Origin: Patescibacteria group bacterium
GTDB lineage: Bacteria > Patescibacteriota > Minisyncoccia > Phycocordibacterales > Phycocordibacteraceae
Length of the DNA: 64,000 nucleotides
Assembly: GCA_018971045.1 (NCBI GenBank)
Contig: JAGWVF010000006.1
Location: 176-64,175 of the forward strand
Direction of reading: 5' to 3'
The position numbers and the translations under genes are program-made. Below, one piece after another: positions 28,224 to 38,182 of this stretch. Each line of letters opens with the position of its first letter. The stretch's first letter is position 1. The notes under the pieces are model-generated. The model was given only the letters and a program-made list of their open reading frames with translations, was not told the DNA's origin and made no database searches.

Positions 28224-28871
28224 ATGAATAATGTTGCTGAAAATATCGACCTCACACCTAATCGGGGGTCTCGGGTGCTTTACGTCATACTGTCGGGCAT
28301 TACTGGCGGCAAGGACGAGATGCTCGTGCGGCATCTTAGCGAACTGCTCAAAAGCCGCGGGTCGGTGCTCACTGTTCAATTTGCAAACGATCCGTCCTGC
28401 CATGACGATATGTTGCCGGAAATGGAGGAAATGACCTTTGACGACTGTTTCGGACGTTTAGATAGCGCCTTACAAATTGCCGGTGGTGAAGAGGCTTATG
28501 GCGACATTGTCTTTATCACCCATAGCTTCTCGTCAATCATATCCACTTACTACCTCGGCGTGCATAAGCAAATCAGTTCGTCTGCTCCTCGCTACACGCT
28601 CATAACCATAGATAGTGATCCTTCTCCGAAGATACTCGCGTATCTTGATTCCCTGGATGCAGAGGCGCGTGCAGACAAAGTTGTAAACCCTTTCCATTCG
28701 AGCATTGTCAATTTCATGCGCCAGCATGACAGCACGGAGGTACTGAAATCGCTCCCCGTTACTGTCTTGAATATCGATGCAGACGATGTTGGGGCGGATC
28801 ATGAGTTTACAAGCGATGAATCGAAGCATTTGCTTGTAGAAACGATTCTGCCAAATCTTCCGATCCACTAA
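28224..28871 (+). CDS. hypothetical protein, possible alpha/beta-hydrolase fold
   Basis: 215 aa; ITHSFSS resembles a nucleophile-elbow variant; weak assignment. Confidence 0.35.
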   Translation: MNNVAENIDLTPNRGSRVLYVILSGITGGKDEMLVRHLSELLKSRGSVLTVQFANDPSCHDDMLPEMEEMTFDDCFGRLDSALQIAGGEEAYGDIVFITHSFSSIISTYYLGVHKQISSSAPRYTLITIDSDPSPKILAYLDSLDAEARADKVVNPFHSSIVNFMRQHDSTEVLKSLPVTVLNIDADDVGADHEFTSDESKHLLVETILPNLPIH

Positions 28872-28885
28872 CCGTCTTCTAATCA

Positions 28886-29398
28886 ATGAAAGATATGAAT
28901 CAACATACCGGATATGCAGCTGTTGAGTTCGATGAAGCCTCGCAGAAGCACGTAATGGATTGGTCGATGCAACTAAAGAGTAGTGACTTGGTAACGGCGA
29001 ACATTAATGGAAAGATAAAAGGCGGTAATGTAACAGAGAAATTGCATCTAACCATATTTTATGGGTTTGATGAGGATAATTTGGATCAATCCAACCTTGT
29101 TGCTCTTATAACAAAGTTAGACATACCAACGGTCAACATCGTCGGGATAGGGATGTTTCCTGCGAAGGAGTTTGATTGCAATGTTCTGTATTTCAGCGTA
29201 TCGGATGAATCCGGGAAGCTCCAATCGGCTTTTGAACGATTGAAAGGATTTCCTCACTTCGCAAATCATCAAAATATTAATTTCAAACCCCATATTACGA
29301 TTGCGTACGTAACCAAGGATTTCAATCCGAACTTACTTTCAAACGAATACCCAAGACAACTCAAGGTAAAGCAAATTGTGCACCATAGTTGTAGGTAG
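28886..29398 (+). CDS. 2H phosphoesterase superfamily protein (LigT / 2'-5' RNA ligase-like)
   Basis: Two H-x-T/S-x motifs: HLTIFYG and HITIAYV. Confidence 0.65.
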   Translation: MKDMNQHTGYAAVEFDEASQKHVMDWSMQLKSSDLVTANINGKIKGGNVTEKLHLTIFYGFDEDNLDQSNLVALITKLDIPTVNIVGIGMFPAKEFDCNVLYFSVSDESGKLQSAFERLKGFPHFANHQNINFKPHITIAYVTKDFNPNLLSNEYPRQLKVKQIVHHSCR

Positions 29399-29443
29399 TG
29401 TAGCTGACGCGTGTAATCTTGTCACAGAAGCTCTCCCGATAGG
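29394..29443 (+). repeat. 50-bp direct repeat copy 2
   Basis: See 24795-24844. Confidence 0.7.
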
Positions 29444-29449
29444 GGTCTA

Positions 29450-29935
29450 ATGTACGACCATGCCGCGATGGAAGGAAAGAAGGATCAGAAGTCACTTGAA
29501 GATAAAGCGAGAGAGAATTACAGAAAAGCGCTGAGCCTCAACAATGTCTTCCCGCCTGCTTGGTGGGGTCTCGCCAGGATTTATTGGCACAATGGCGATA
29601 AACGTGCGATACCTCTCGCGCTGAAAGCCCGCAGATATGCCAAGACAATTGAGCTTAAAGATGTCGGCCAGTATGCTCAAAACGTAGGGCTCGTATACCA
29701 CAAGTTAGGCAATAATCGGCGCGCTAAACATTGGCTGGAGAAGGGAGTCGCCGAGTCTCCGCGTGAGTGGGGCGCTCATTATAATCTGATGCGATTTTAT
29801 TCGGATGTGCAGGATCATAATTCTGCACAACAATCAGCAAAGAAAGTGCTTGCGCTACTCGCTAACGAGAAAAATAGCCGGTGGATCAAGGATGTCCGTA
29901 AGTCGGCAAAGACGATGCTTTCTAGCAATTCGTAG
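29450..29935 (+). CDS. TPR-repeat protein
   Basis: 161 aa with tetratricopeptide-like W/Y-LG-Y patterns. Confidence 0.5.
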   Translation: MYDHAAMEGKKDQKSLEDKARENYRKALSLNNVFPPAWWGLARIYWHNGDKRAIPLALKARRYAKTIELKDVGQYAQNVGLVYHKLGNNRRAKHWLEKGVAESPREWGAHYNLMRFYSDVQDHNSAQQSAKKVLALLANEKNSRWIKDVRKSAKTMLSSNS

Positions 29936-29953
29936 CTTCAGAAAATTGGAAAT

Positions 29954-31869
29954 ATGCCGGCAGAACAGCCGCGACGATATGATGTTAAAAGTATCAGATT
30001 TGTTACCATACGGTGTATGTCCGACCGCGATAAAAACACTTTGGAGGCATCCGATCCAGATTGGCAACGGTTTTTTACAGCACCATTGGTATATAAATTT
30101 CAGATTGCCAAAGCACAGACAGATCACGCGCTGCTAATAGACAATACTAGCGGCATGTTCTTGCCGTATGCATACACGATCAGTACCCGGAAAAAGACTA
30201 AGTTAGGAACGCATTCCCACGGGCAGATTTTTGCCACGATTTCTTCTGACGGACGCGAAATTTATGCGCCTTTGAGCGCCGATGGTGTCGAGAAGGGACA
30301 TATGCACGCATATGCTTTCGATGGATCACGTGTCGAGGATTTAACGCCGCAGATGGAATCTTACACCTCATTCGAGACCGTTACATCGGCCCAATCAGGG
30401 CGTATTTGTTTTTTTGCATCATTTCCTGATCGCACGGCGATGATAATGTTAGACCGAAACGTGCCGGGATCTGCAAGAGAACTCTTCTCGACTTCTGGTG
30501 AGATGGGGTTTCCGCCGGCAGCATTGTCGGATGATGGATCGCGCGTCGTTATTGCACACAGCATTCCAGACTCAGAAGGAGCCGAGTGGAAGATCCTCAT
30601 CTTTGATACCCAAACTGCGGCAGTCCTTCACTCCTACTCGATAGACAGCACGGTTTCGCCACTATTATACGACTCTCGTGCAACCAGCGATAGAATTCTC
30701 GTTCAGCTTGCGCAGCGCGGGTATACGGAACCAGCTTGGGTTGACATAAAGACCGGGAATGTGACTTATTTACAGAATGCCCCGACACATGATATTTATC
30801 CGATGGCGTACGATGCGCTTTCTAGGCGCTTAGTAGTTTGCTCAGTCTTGCGGGGTCATCATCAGTTATTACTGGCGACCAACAATCTCGAGAACGCGAA
30901 ATCTATTGGACCAAGCACTGGTAGCTTCATGTTCTATTTTGGCGGCGCACAATTCATTGATTCAAACACGCTCATTCTCAAACATCAAAGTAGTAAAGAT
31001 GGTGTTTCAATTATTAGAATTCACTTGGATAGAGACGGTTCCTATATACCCATGGATCTCAAGATTCCGTCGGCAACGGGTACTCCGTACCAGAGCATCG
31101 AATGTGCCACAGCAGACGGGACTATTATTCAGGCCTGGGTAGGACTACCAGCAAATGCTGATCACACACTGCCATTTGTTATAGACGTACATGGGGTCCC
31201 GACTCGGTCACGCTTGACGAATATTCACCGGAAGCGCAAGCGTGGATTTCAAACGGTTTTGGTTATTGCGGACTTAATTACCGCGGTTCGATCACTTTCG
31301 GTCACGACTATCAACAAGCTATTGTTGGGAAACCCGGAACGCTTGAGTTGGAAGATTGTATTGCGATTAAGCACGAACTGGTGAGGCGCGGGTGGGCAAA
31401 AGAAGATGAGGTCATTATCAGCGGCTATTCTTGGGGCGGTTTTGTGACACTGCTTGCTATGGGAAAGACTCCTAACGAATGGGCCGGTGGCGTAGCCTTC
31501 GTACCAATTGCCGATTGGGTTAAAATGTTCGAGTTACGTTCAATGCCTAATTACCTTCGAGCACTCGATACTCATCTCTTTGGTGGCACACCTCAGCAAA
31601 AACCCGACACATACATCGCCGCATCACCGCTCACCTATGTATCAAATCTACAGGCACCGGTGTATATTCTAGCCGGGACGAATGATGTGCGTTGCCCGAT
31701 AGAGCAAGTGCGCTCGTACGTGGACCGCGCACAGAATGAACACAAGGACGTATCTCTTTTCGAATTCGAATCTGGACATACCGGAACATTTGGCAACACC
31801 GCGACCAATATTCAGCTGTATAATAAAATATTCGATTTCGTGAAAGAAGTGGTGCTTGGTGGTGGTTAG
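29954..31869 (+). pseudogene. S9 family peptidase, disrupted by frameshift (~31200-31350)
   Basis: ORFs 29954-31384 (beta-propeller, VIDVHGVPTRS where HGGP is expected) and 31348-31869 (SGYSWGG nucleophile, catalytic Asp/His) are adjacent parts of one peptidase in different frames. Confidence 0.65.
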
Positions 31870-32149
31870 ATCCTTTGTTTGACGGAAAGATACGCACCTC
31901 TTTAGTCGAGACACTTGTTCAGCTCACCAATCAATGATTCCGGCTTGAGTAACCGGTCGAACCTTTCTCTTGACCGCCGCAGCGATGCGGCGGCAATCTT
32001 TTGTTTCCCATGGAAGCGTATTTTTGCGAGATCATAAAAAGTTGCATCGTTTGCAAGATTCGGTACGGTATCGCCTCCGGCAGAACAACCGGCGTAGTGG
32101 CCAAGGAGGCGTTGTCTGCTATGCTGGAATTCGCTCGGTATGAGCGAAA

Positions 32150-32231
32150 GGGCATGTGGCGGAATTGGTATACGCGTACGTCTCAGAAGCGTATGTCGCA
32201 AGACTTGGGAGTTCGAGTCTCCCCATGCCCA
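32150..32231 (+). tRNA. tRNA-Leu (anticodon CAG)
   Basis: Acceptor GGGCATG/CATGCCC, 3-bp D-stem, anticodon stem TACGT/GCGTA loop CTCAGAA, long variable arm, T-arm GGGAG-TTCGAGT-CTCCC. Confidence 0.85.
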
Positions 32232-32233
32232 CC

Positions 32234-32306
32234 GGGCGCTTAGCTCAGTTGGTAGAGCAACCCGTTTACACCGGGTAGGTCAGAGGTTCGAGTCCTCTAG
32301 CGCCCA
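32234..32306 (+). tRNA. tRNA-Val (anticodon TAC)
   Basis: Acceptor GGGCGCT/AGCGCCC, anticodon stem ACCCG/CGGGT loop TTTACAC, T-arm AGAGG-TTCGAGT-CCTCT. Confidence 0.9.
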
Positions 32307-32339
32307 CTTGAAACGAAAACATATGATATACCAGTTAGT

Positions 32340-33041
32340 ATGTCCATGAACGAATCTTCGGACGCCGCTCCGGTCTCCTGCATCGGCATCATTCTTGACG
32401 GGAATCGCCGCTGGGCGAAGGAGCATCATTTGCCTCAGCTTGAGGGGCATCGGGTCGGGCTCTTGAAGACGCTGAGGGCGACGGTGCGCTCCGTACAATC
32501 CCGCGGCATCCGGCACCTGGCGGTTTTCTTGTTCTCGACGGAGAATTGGAATCGAGAGCCCGCCGAAGTGTCCTATCTCATGGATCTCTTTCTTGAACAA
32601 ATAAACAAAGAGGTCGCGGAATTAGGAAAGGAAGGCGTGCGCATCCGCTTCGCGGGGCAACGAGAGCGTTTCTCGGAAGCGATTCAGGCGGCGATGCACG
32701 ATGCGGAGAAGCATACCGAACAGAATGAGGGCCTCACGCTCTGGTGCTGTATGTCCTACGGCGGCCGCGCGGAGATCGTCGCCGCCGCGCGCGCCGCCGC
32801 CGCCGCGGGCGACGAGATTACCGAAGCATCGCTCGCGGGGCATCTCTGGACCGCCGGCATGCCCGACCCGGACATCATCATCCGTACGAGCGGGGAGCAA
32901 CGCCTCTCCGGATTTCTTACTTGGGAGTCGGTGTATAGCGAATTGTTTTTTATTGATGCCAAGTGGCCGGACTTTTCAGAAGCAATGCTCGACGCGATAC
33001 TCGCGGAGTATGCGCAACGCGAACGGCGACGCGGAAAGTAA
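32340..33041 (+). CDS. uppS: undecaprenyl diphosphate synthase (cis-prenyltransferase)
   Basis: ILDGNRRWA motif and C-terminal FLTWES..ELFF region. Confidence 0.9.
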   Translation: MSMNESSDAAPVSCIGIILDGNRRWAKEHHLPQLEGHRVGLLKTLRATVRSVQSRGIRHLAVFLFSTENWNREPAEVSYLMDLFLEQINKEVAELGKEGVRIRFAGQRERFSEAIQAAMHDAEKHTEQNEGLTLWCCMSYGGRAEIVAAARAAAAAGDEITEASLAGHLWTAGMPDPDIIIRTSGEQRLSGFLTWESVYSELFFIDAKWPDFSEAMLDAILAEYAQRERRRGK

Positions 33042-33063
33042 AAAGAAGTGCTAGGGTAGAGCA

Positions 33064-33735
33064 ATGGAGCTCTCGATTCTCTATGAAGACGCCGATATCG
33101 TCGCGGTCAATAAGCCCGCGGGGCTCATCACGCATTCAGACGGACGCACCGCTGAGCCGACGGCCGAAGAGTGGTTCAAAGAGAAGTACCCGGAAGCACA
33201 AGGCGGATACGCGCACCGGCTCGATCGCGATACCTCGGGAGTTCTCGTATTCGCTAAAAATACGGCGGCGTATGAATTTCTGCGCAGGGCATTCCACGAT
33301 CACGAGGTGCACAAGACCTACCTCGCGATCGTGTACGGCGTGCTGAAGGAGAAGAAGGGGATGATCGACTTCGACATCGGCCGCTCGAGGAAGGACTTCC
33401 GGCTCCGGAGCGCCCAGCCGAAGGCCAAGGGGCGACTGCGCGAGGCGCTCACCCGCTATGAAGTTGTCGGAGAGGCGTCGGGACTCTCGCTTCTTAAAGT
33501 TGAACCCGAGACGGGAAGGACGCACCAGATCCGCGTCCATCTTAAAGCCATTCATCACCCGGTCGCGGGCGACCCGCTCTATGCGCCGAATCATCCGCCC
33601 GCCCTCGGGCTCGCCCGCCTCGCATTGCACGCATCGTCGATCGACCTCCCGCTCCCCTCGGGCGGGCGCGTCAGTATCGAGGCGCCCCTGCCGAGCGATC
33701 TCGCGGGCGCATTTGCCCACTTTTCTCCCGCGTGA
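33064..33735 (+). CDS. RluA-family pseudouridine synthase
   Basis: HRLDRDTSGVLVFAK catalytic Asp motif. Confidence 0.85.
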   Translation: MELSILYEDADIVAVNKPAGLITHSDGRTAEPTAEEWFKEKYPEAQGGYAHRLDRDTSGVLVFAKNTAAYEFLRRAFHDHEVHKTYLAIVYGVLKEKKGMIDFDIGRSRKDFRLRSAQPKAKGRLREALTRYEVVGEASGLSLLKVEPETGRTHQIRVHLKAIHHPVAGDPLYAPNHPPALGLARLALHASSIDLPLPSGGRVSIEAPLPSDLAGAFAHFSPA

Positions 33736-33750
33736 TAGAGTGCGCTCCAC

Positions 33751-34257
33751 ATGAGGAACGTCATTACTCCCGTCAATGCCGCAGGACGCGCGAAGCTCGG
33801 TCTTCGCGCGGGCGACACTGTGCGCGTCGTCCAGAACATCATCGAGCTCAAGAAGGGCCGGGGTACTGACAAGAAAGAAAAGACCATCAAGACCGCCCGA
33901 AAGCAGACCTTCGAAGGGCTCGTGCTCTCGGTGAAGCACGGCAGGGAGTCGGGTGGCATGTTCACGGTCCGCACTACGCTCTCGGGCGTCGGGGTCGAGA
34001 AGACCTTCCCGCTCTATTCGCCGGTCATCGACTCGATCGAGATCGTGAAGCGCTCGCGGGTGCGCCGCGCGAAGCTCTACTTCATCCGCGAGAAGGCGGC
34101 CAAGGCGGTCCGCCGCCAGTTGCGCAATGCGCGGATGCTGCATCTTAAGAGCGACGAAGCATTACCGAGCGACGCCGCTCTTTCGGAGGCGGCTCACGCG
34201 GAAGCCGCGCCGGTTGAGGCGATCGAAGAGGCAACAAATGCCGAAGTTGTAGTATAG
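33751..34257 (+). CDS. rplS: 50S ribosomal protein L19 with C-terminal extension
   Basis: GDTVRV...VGVEKTFPLYSPVIDSIEIVKRSRVRRAKLYFIR matches L19 consensus. Confidence 0.85.
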   Translation: MRNVITPVNAAGRAKLGLRAGDTVRVVQNIIELKKGRGTDKKEKTIKTARKQTFEGLVLSVKHGRESGGMFTVRTTLSGVGVEKTFPLYSPVIDSIEIVKRSRVRRAKLYFIREKAAKAVRRQLRNARMLHLKSDEALPSDAALSEAAHAEAAPVEAIEEATNAEVVV

Positions 34258-34271
34258 TGGAGTGTCCACCT

Positions 34272-34358
34272 GCCCAGGTGGCGAAATTGGCAGACGCACT
34301 ACCTTGAGGTGGTAGCTCCCGCAAGGGATTGGAGGTTCAAATCCTCTCCTGGGCACCA
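34272..34358 (+). tRNA. tRNA-Leu (anticodon GAG)
   Basis: Acceptor GCCCAGG/CCTGGGC, anticodon stem CTACC/GGTAG loop TTGAGGT, long variable arm, T-arm GGAGG-TTCAAAT-CCTCT, CCA encoded. Confidence 0.9.
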
Positions 34359-34437
34359 ACGTTATTTAGAAATTATACGGAGGTGTTGAAAAGTGAGAGT
34401 CCGGCGCGCGAAAAGCGTGCCGGACTCGCCGCGCGGG

Positions 34438-34599
34438 TTAAAGATGCGTCTGCATCCATTCCCACACGGCGTAAAAGAACCAGACCATGATCGGGACTCC
34501 CACGATCATGCTGATCATGGTGTCCCGCGTCATGCGGACACCAAATTTTCGGAGGCATCTTACCTCCTGTCCGAGCCACGACGGCTCGTTAAAATCCAT
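34438..34599 (-). CDS. candidate small membrane protein (53 aa)
   Basis: Unlisted ORF MDFNEPSWLGQEVRCLRKFGVRMTRDTMISMIVGVPIMVWFFYAVWEWMQTHL with one predicted TM; weak SD. Confidence 0.25.
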   Translation of the reverse strand: MDFNEPSWLGQEVRCLRKFGVRMTRDTMISMIVGVPIMVWFFYAVWEWMQTHL

Positions 34600-34706
34600 G
34601 TCTTTTATTCGCACTCTTATCTCCTAAAAAGTTCTGAACATGTCCAGTATATCATATCTTGATATATTAGTCAATATCAAATAGTAAACGACTAAGCAAC
34701 TCGTGG

Positions 34707-35438
34707 TTATTTGCTGTTCATACAGTATCGAAGTATTTTTGAAAAAAGCATATTTCTTTTTTCCTCTGCCATTTCTTCATCGCGTTTCAGGTTGTGGGAT
34801 GTGCCGGCAATATCACAGATAACGTGTTCACGAGCATTTTTTACAGCAGCGATTATCTTGTCTTGTGACTCTTTCGGCACGACATCATCTTCTGTCCCTC
34901 GTATAAAGACAAAAATGCTCGAATATGTCTTGAGCGGTGCGAGCAACACTTCTTCATCCGGCATTGTTGAAAGGAGCGGCTTAGCGGTGGTCGGGCTTTT
35001 TCCGCATCCACTTCCAATCATAACGACCGCTTGGGCTTTTGTTAAAAGGTTTGGTACCCCGAGCAGTGTTGTGCCTCCAAAAGAATTACCGATGGCGGTG
35101 AGTATGTAATTGTCTGGCAATAATCCATTTTGCTCCAATAATTCAACAGCTCTTATTATATCGTCGCACTCCTCGCTAAACGTTTTACCAAAAAATGCCT
35201 CCTTTGAATCGGGTGTGACAGTGTCACTTTTTACACGCGCAGTATTGATGCATATAAAATTATAGTCGGCATTCGTCGAAATAAGCTGGTTGTCCCATGA
35301 GTTTGATCCTGTCGGTTCATGAACTCCGTAGATGCCCTTGAGAAGTAAAACAACGTGTCTAGTTTGGGACGATGCCGGATACCAGAAAACTTCTATCGGT
35401 AGTGATTGGAATGATGATGTTGCAGTCAGTTTTTCCAT
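34707..35438 (-). CDS. alpha/beta hydrolase (dienelactone-hydrolase-like)
   Basis: GNSFGG nucleophile elbow; AT-rich gene between GC-rich neighbours. Confidence 0.6.
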   Translation of the reverse strand: MEKLTATSSFQSLPIEVFWYPASSQTRHVVLLLKGIYGVHEPTGSNSWDNQLISTNADYNFICINTARVKSDTVTPDSKEAFFGKTFSEECDDIIRAVELLEQNGLLPDNYILTAIGNSFGGTTLLGVPNLLTKAQAVVMIGSGCGKSPTTAKPLLSTMPDEEVLLAPLKTYSSIFVFIRGTEDDVVPKESQDKIIAAVKNAREHVICDIAGTSHNLKRDEEMAEEKRNMLFSKILRYCMNSK

Positions 35439-35619
35439 ATCTCTATTTTAACAAAAACCACCTAATCGCCGAAAGAGGGGAGATTAGGTGGTAATGAGTC
35501 AACGAAATTCGGGAATCTCGCCGGAGTCAACAAGAATGATTTCGTTACCGATACCCCAAAACAACCTCTAGTGAATTCCCACTCTAAACGTAGGCGAATT
35601 ATAATGGTAGACTACCGAT

Positions 35620-36846
35620 ATGGCTCTGGCTCTCACTTTTATTTGGGCGTACGTCGTTCAATCAGCCGGTCTCTTCGTCGCATTTACCGCCGCCGCCGTG
35701 TTCATTTATTTAGCCCTCCGACGAATGCGTTCGCGCTCCATGACGGTGGCTCTGGTCGTAGTATTCTTGGGCATCTCGCTCTTTTTCTACGTTCCCAACG
35801 GTCTGCCGGCGTTCCAATATCCGTTTGGATCTACGTACTACGGTCCGTCATCGATGGGGCCGGTGCTGCCGCTCTCGCATGTCTGGGAGTTCTTCACGCA
35901 TTTCAGCCAATTTCAGCACGTGGCCGACATCTCGCGCGATCCGAATGACGTTCCCGCCCCTCTTACGCGCACCACCGTTGCCGCCGACACGATCGACATT
36001 ACCGCCAATGAGGTGATCTCGCAGATCGCTCCCGGCGTCTTTTTCAATTTCTGGACATTCGACGGGACGGTGCCGGGGCCGATGATTCGCGTAATGCAGG
36101 GCGATACGGTTACTGTTCGCTTCAAAAACGATGCGAAAAGCATCCACCCGCATTCGATCGACTTTCACGCAGTGATTGGTCCGGGCGGAGGAGCGTCCGT
36201 TCTGCAAGCGAATCCTGGCGAGACGAAAACCTTAACCTTTAAGGCGCTCCACCCGGGAATATTCGTATACCACTGCGCCTCTCCGGACGCCGCTAATCAC
36301 ATGGCGCACGGCATGTACGGCCTCATCGACGTCGAGCCCGTCGGGGGACTGCCCAAGGTCGACAAAGAGTTTTACCTGATGCAGGGAGAGTTTTACACCG
36401 CAGGCGCGCTTGGCCGGCAGGGATTGCAGATTGATAATCCCCAGGCGATGCTCGACGGCGATCCGCAGTACGTGGTGTTCAACGGCCGCGTCGGCTCATG
36501 GCCGGGGTTTCAAATGCAGGCAGGCGTCGGCCAGAGCGTCCGCATCTTCGTGGGCAACGGGGGAGTCAATCTTATTTCTTCCTTCCACACAATCGGCGAA
36601 GTCTTTGATCGGGTGTACGACGAAGGCTCGTACACCTCGCCGCCGGTTACGGACGTACAAACGACGCTCGTGCCGCCCGGCGGCGCTACGGCCGTCGAAT
36701 TCACGCTTAAGGAACCGGGCAACTACACCTTCGTCGATCACGCGCTTGCGCGAATGGACCGCGGCGCATGGGGAGTTCTTCACGCTACGGGTACGCCGGA
36801 TATGAGCATATTCGATGGCGTCGTCGAGCCCATGGCGGGGCATTAG
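35620..36846 (+). CDS. nirK: copper-containing nitrite reductase (NirK-type multicopper oxidase) with N-terminal TM anchor
   Basis: HPHSIDFHA and YHCASPDAANHMAHGMYG copper-ligand motifs typical of NirK. Confidence 0.8.
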   Translation: MALALTFIWAYVVQSAGLFVAFTAAAVFIYLALRRMRSRSMTVALVVVFLGISLFFYVPNGLPAFQYPFGSTYYGPSSMGPVLPLSHVWEFFTHFSQFQHVADISRDPNDVPAPLTRTTVAADTIDITANEVISQIAPGVFFNFWTFDGTVPGPMIRVMQGDTVTVRFKNDAKSIHPHSIDFHAVIGPGGGASVLQANPGETKTLTFKALHPGIFVYHCASPDAANHMAHGMYGLIDVEPVGGLPKVDKEFYLMQGEFYTAGALGRQGLQIDNPQAMLDGDPQYVVFNGRVGSWPGFQMQAGVGQSVRIFVGNGGVNLISSFHTIGEVFDRVYDEGSYTSPPVTDVQTTLVPPGGATAVEFTLKEPGNYTFVDHALARMDRGAWGVLHATGTPDMSIFDGVVEPMAGH

Positions 36847-36957
36847 ACGGAAGATTCGCGGATTAGAGACGGCGCGAGGCTAGCGCGCGTATTTCACGGA
36901 TTTGTGTTATAAAAATCGAACGCCTGCTGTTCTCTTGCATTCAGGCGCGGCGAGCAT

Positions 36958-37032
36958 GGCGGCTATAGTTTAGTGGTAAAACTTCGGTTTGTGGAGCCGA
37001 TATCGAGAGTTCGATTCTCTCTAGCCGCCCCA
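36958..37032 (+). tRNA. tRNA-His (anticodon GTG) with G-1
   Basis: Extra 5' G pairing with discriminator C, anticodon stem TCGGT/GCCGA loop TTGTGGA, T-arm GAGAG-TTCGATT-CTCTC, CCA encoded. Confidence 0.9.
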
Positions 37033-37111
37033 AGGTTAATCAATCAGTTCTAATGAGCTACCTAGGTAGCCGACGGTTGGGAAGCGGAGTATTTTTTGAT
37101 ACCATGCGCCT

Positions 37112-37414
37112 ATGGCGAAGAAGGTGATAGCTGGCGGGACGGCGCACGCCCTTCCGCCCGATTTGCGGAAAGCTCTCACCGCTGATTCGAGAGCGCTTGC
37201 GGCATGGGGGAGTCTCACGCCTCTCGCGCGTAATGAATGGATCTGTTGGACCGTCTCAGTTAAAAAATCGGAGACGAGGAGGGAGCACGTGGAGCGGGTG
37301 TGCGCGGAACTGAAAGAGGGAATGCGCCGGCCGTGCTGCTGGATCGGCTGTATTCATCGAACGGATAAGGCGATCAGCCGCTCGGTACGGGGAATACTCA
37401 ACGCGCGGGCTTAA
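37112..37414 (+). CDS. YdeI/OmdA-family protein
   Basis: LPPDLRKAL...LTPLARNEWICWTVSVKKSETRREHVERV pattern of the YdeI/OmpD-associated family. Confidence 0.55.
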   Translation: MAKKVIAGGTAHALPPDLRKALTADSRALAAWGSLTPLARNEWICWTVSVKKSETRREHVERVCAELKEGMRRPCCWIGCIHRTDKAISRSVRGILNARA

Positions 37415-37485
37415 TCGACCTCATGCCGGAACGAGGGCATATCGGCTTCGCGAACAATCCGCGATTCTCTGGTATCATACGGCGT

Positions 37486-38139
37486 ATGAAGACACTCCTT
37501 CTCGGCATCCTGCTCATCGTTATCATCGGCTTCGGCGGCTTAGTGTACCGGAACGCCGTCGAGCATCCGGCGATGCCGATCGCCTGCCCGCTTGACGCGC
37601 AGGTCTGCCCGGACGGCACGTCGGTGACGCGCACCGGTACGGCCTGCACCTTCCCGATCTGCCCCCCGCCGAACATTACCCTCGCGAAGCTCGCGATCTC
37701 CTTCGCGCTTCCGGCTGAATTGCGCGAAGCCGCGCTCTCCGATTCCTCCGGATTGGTGAACTATGATCTGGTTACGAACGCGTCGTCGACAACGGGAACG
37801 GGAGGAAGCGTCTCGATTTTCGAGTATCCGATCGCCGCTACCTCGACTGCGCTCGCCACGATTCAGGCGACCGCGATCGGCGGCGCCTCTGGCGCGCCGG
37901 TCAGCGTGACGTCGTATACTTCGACCGTGCTCGGGACGCACCGCTTCACGGTCGTTTCGATCGAGCGTTTCGAGGGCGTCGTGCACACGGCGTATTACCT
38001 CGCGCGTGCGACTGACGTGCTCCGTTTCGACGCGATCGACACCGGCGTCATGAACTGGACGGATCCGAACATGAAAGAGTCGGCGCTTCCCGCGCACGCC
38101 GCCCTTCTCAAGCTTCTTGCCACGCTACAAGGGCAATAG
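37486..38139 (+). CDS. hypothetical secreted/membrane-anchored protein
   Basis: Start at MKTLLLGILLIVIIGFGG signal/anchor; Cys-rich segment PIACPLDAQVCPDGT...CTFPICPPP. Confidence 0.45.
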   Translation: MKTLLLGILLIVIIGFGGLVYRNAVEHPAMPIACPLDAQVCPDGTSVTRTGTACTFPICPPPNITLAKLAISFALPAELREAALSDSSGLVNYDLVTNASSTTGTGGSVSIFEYPIAATSTALATIQATAIGGASGAPVSVTSYTSTVLGTHRFTVVSIERFEGVVHTAYYLARATDVLRFDAIDTGVMNWTDPNMKESALPAHAALLKLLATLQGQ

Positions 38140-38182
38140 CCGCGGGTGTTATAATTAAGACATCCATAACGCATTTAATAAT

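Noticed and set aside
32001-32349. Two short + strand ORFs (80 and 69 aa)
   Set aside because: They overlap tRNA-Leu and tRNA-Val.
33136-34143. 335-aa minus-strand ORF
   Set aside because: Antisense to rluA-family gene and rplS.
34162-34359. 65-aa minus ORF
   Set aside because: Overlaps tRNA-Leu(GAG).
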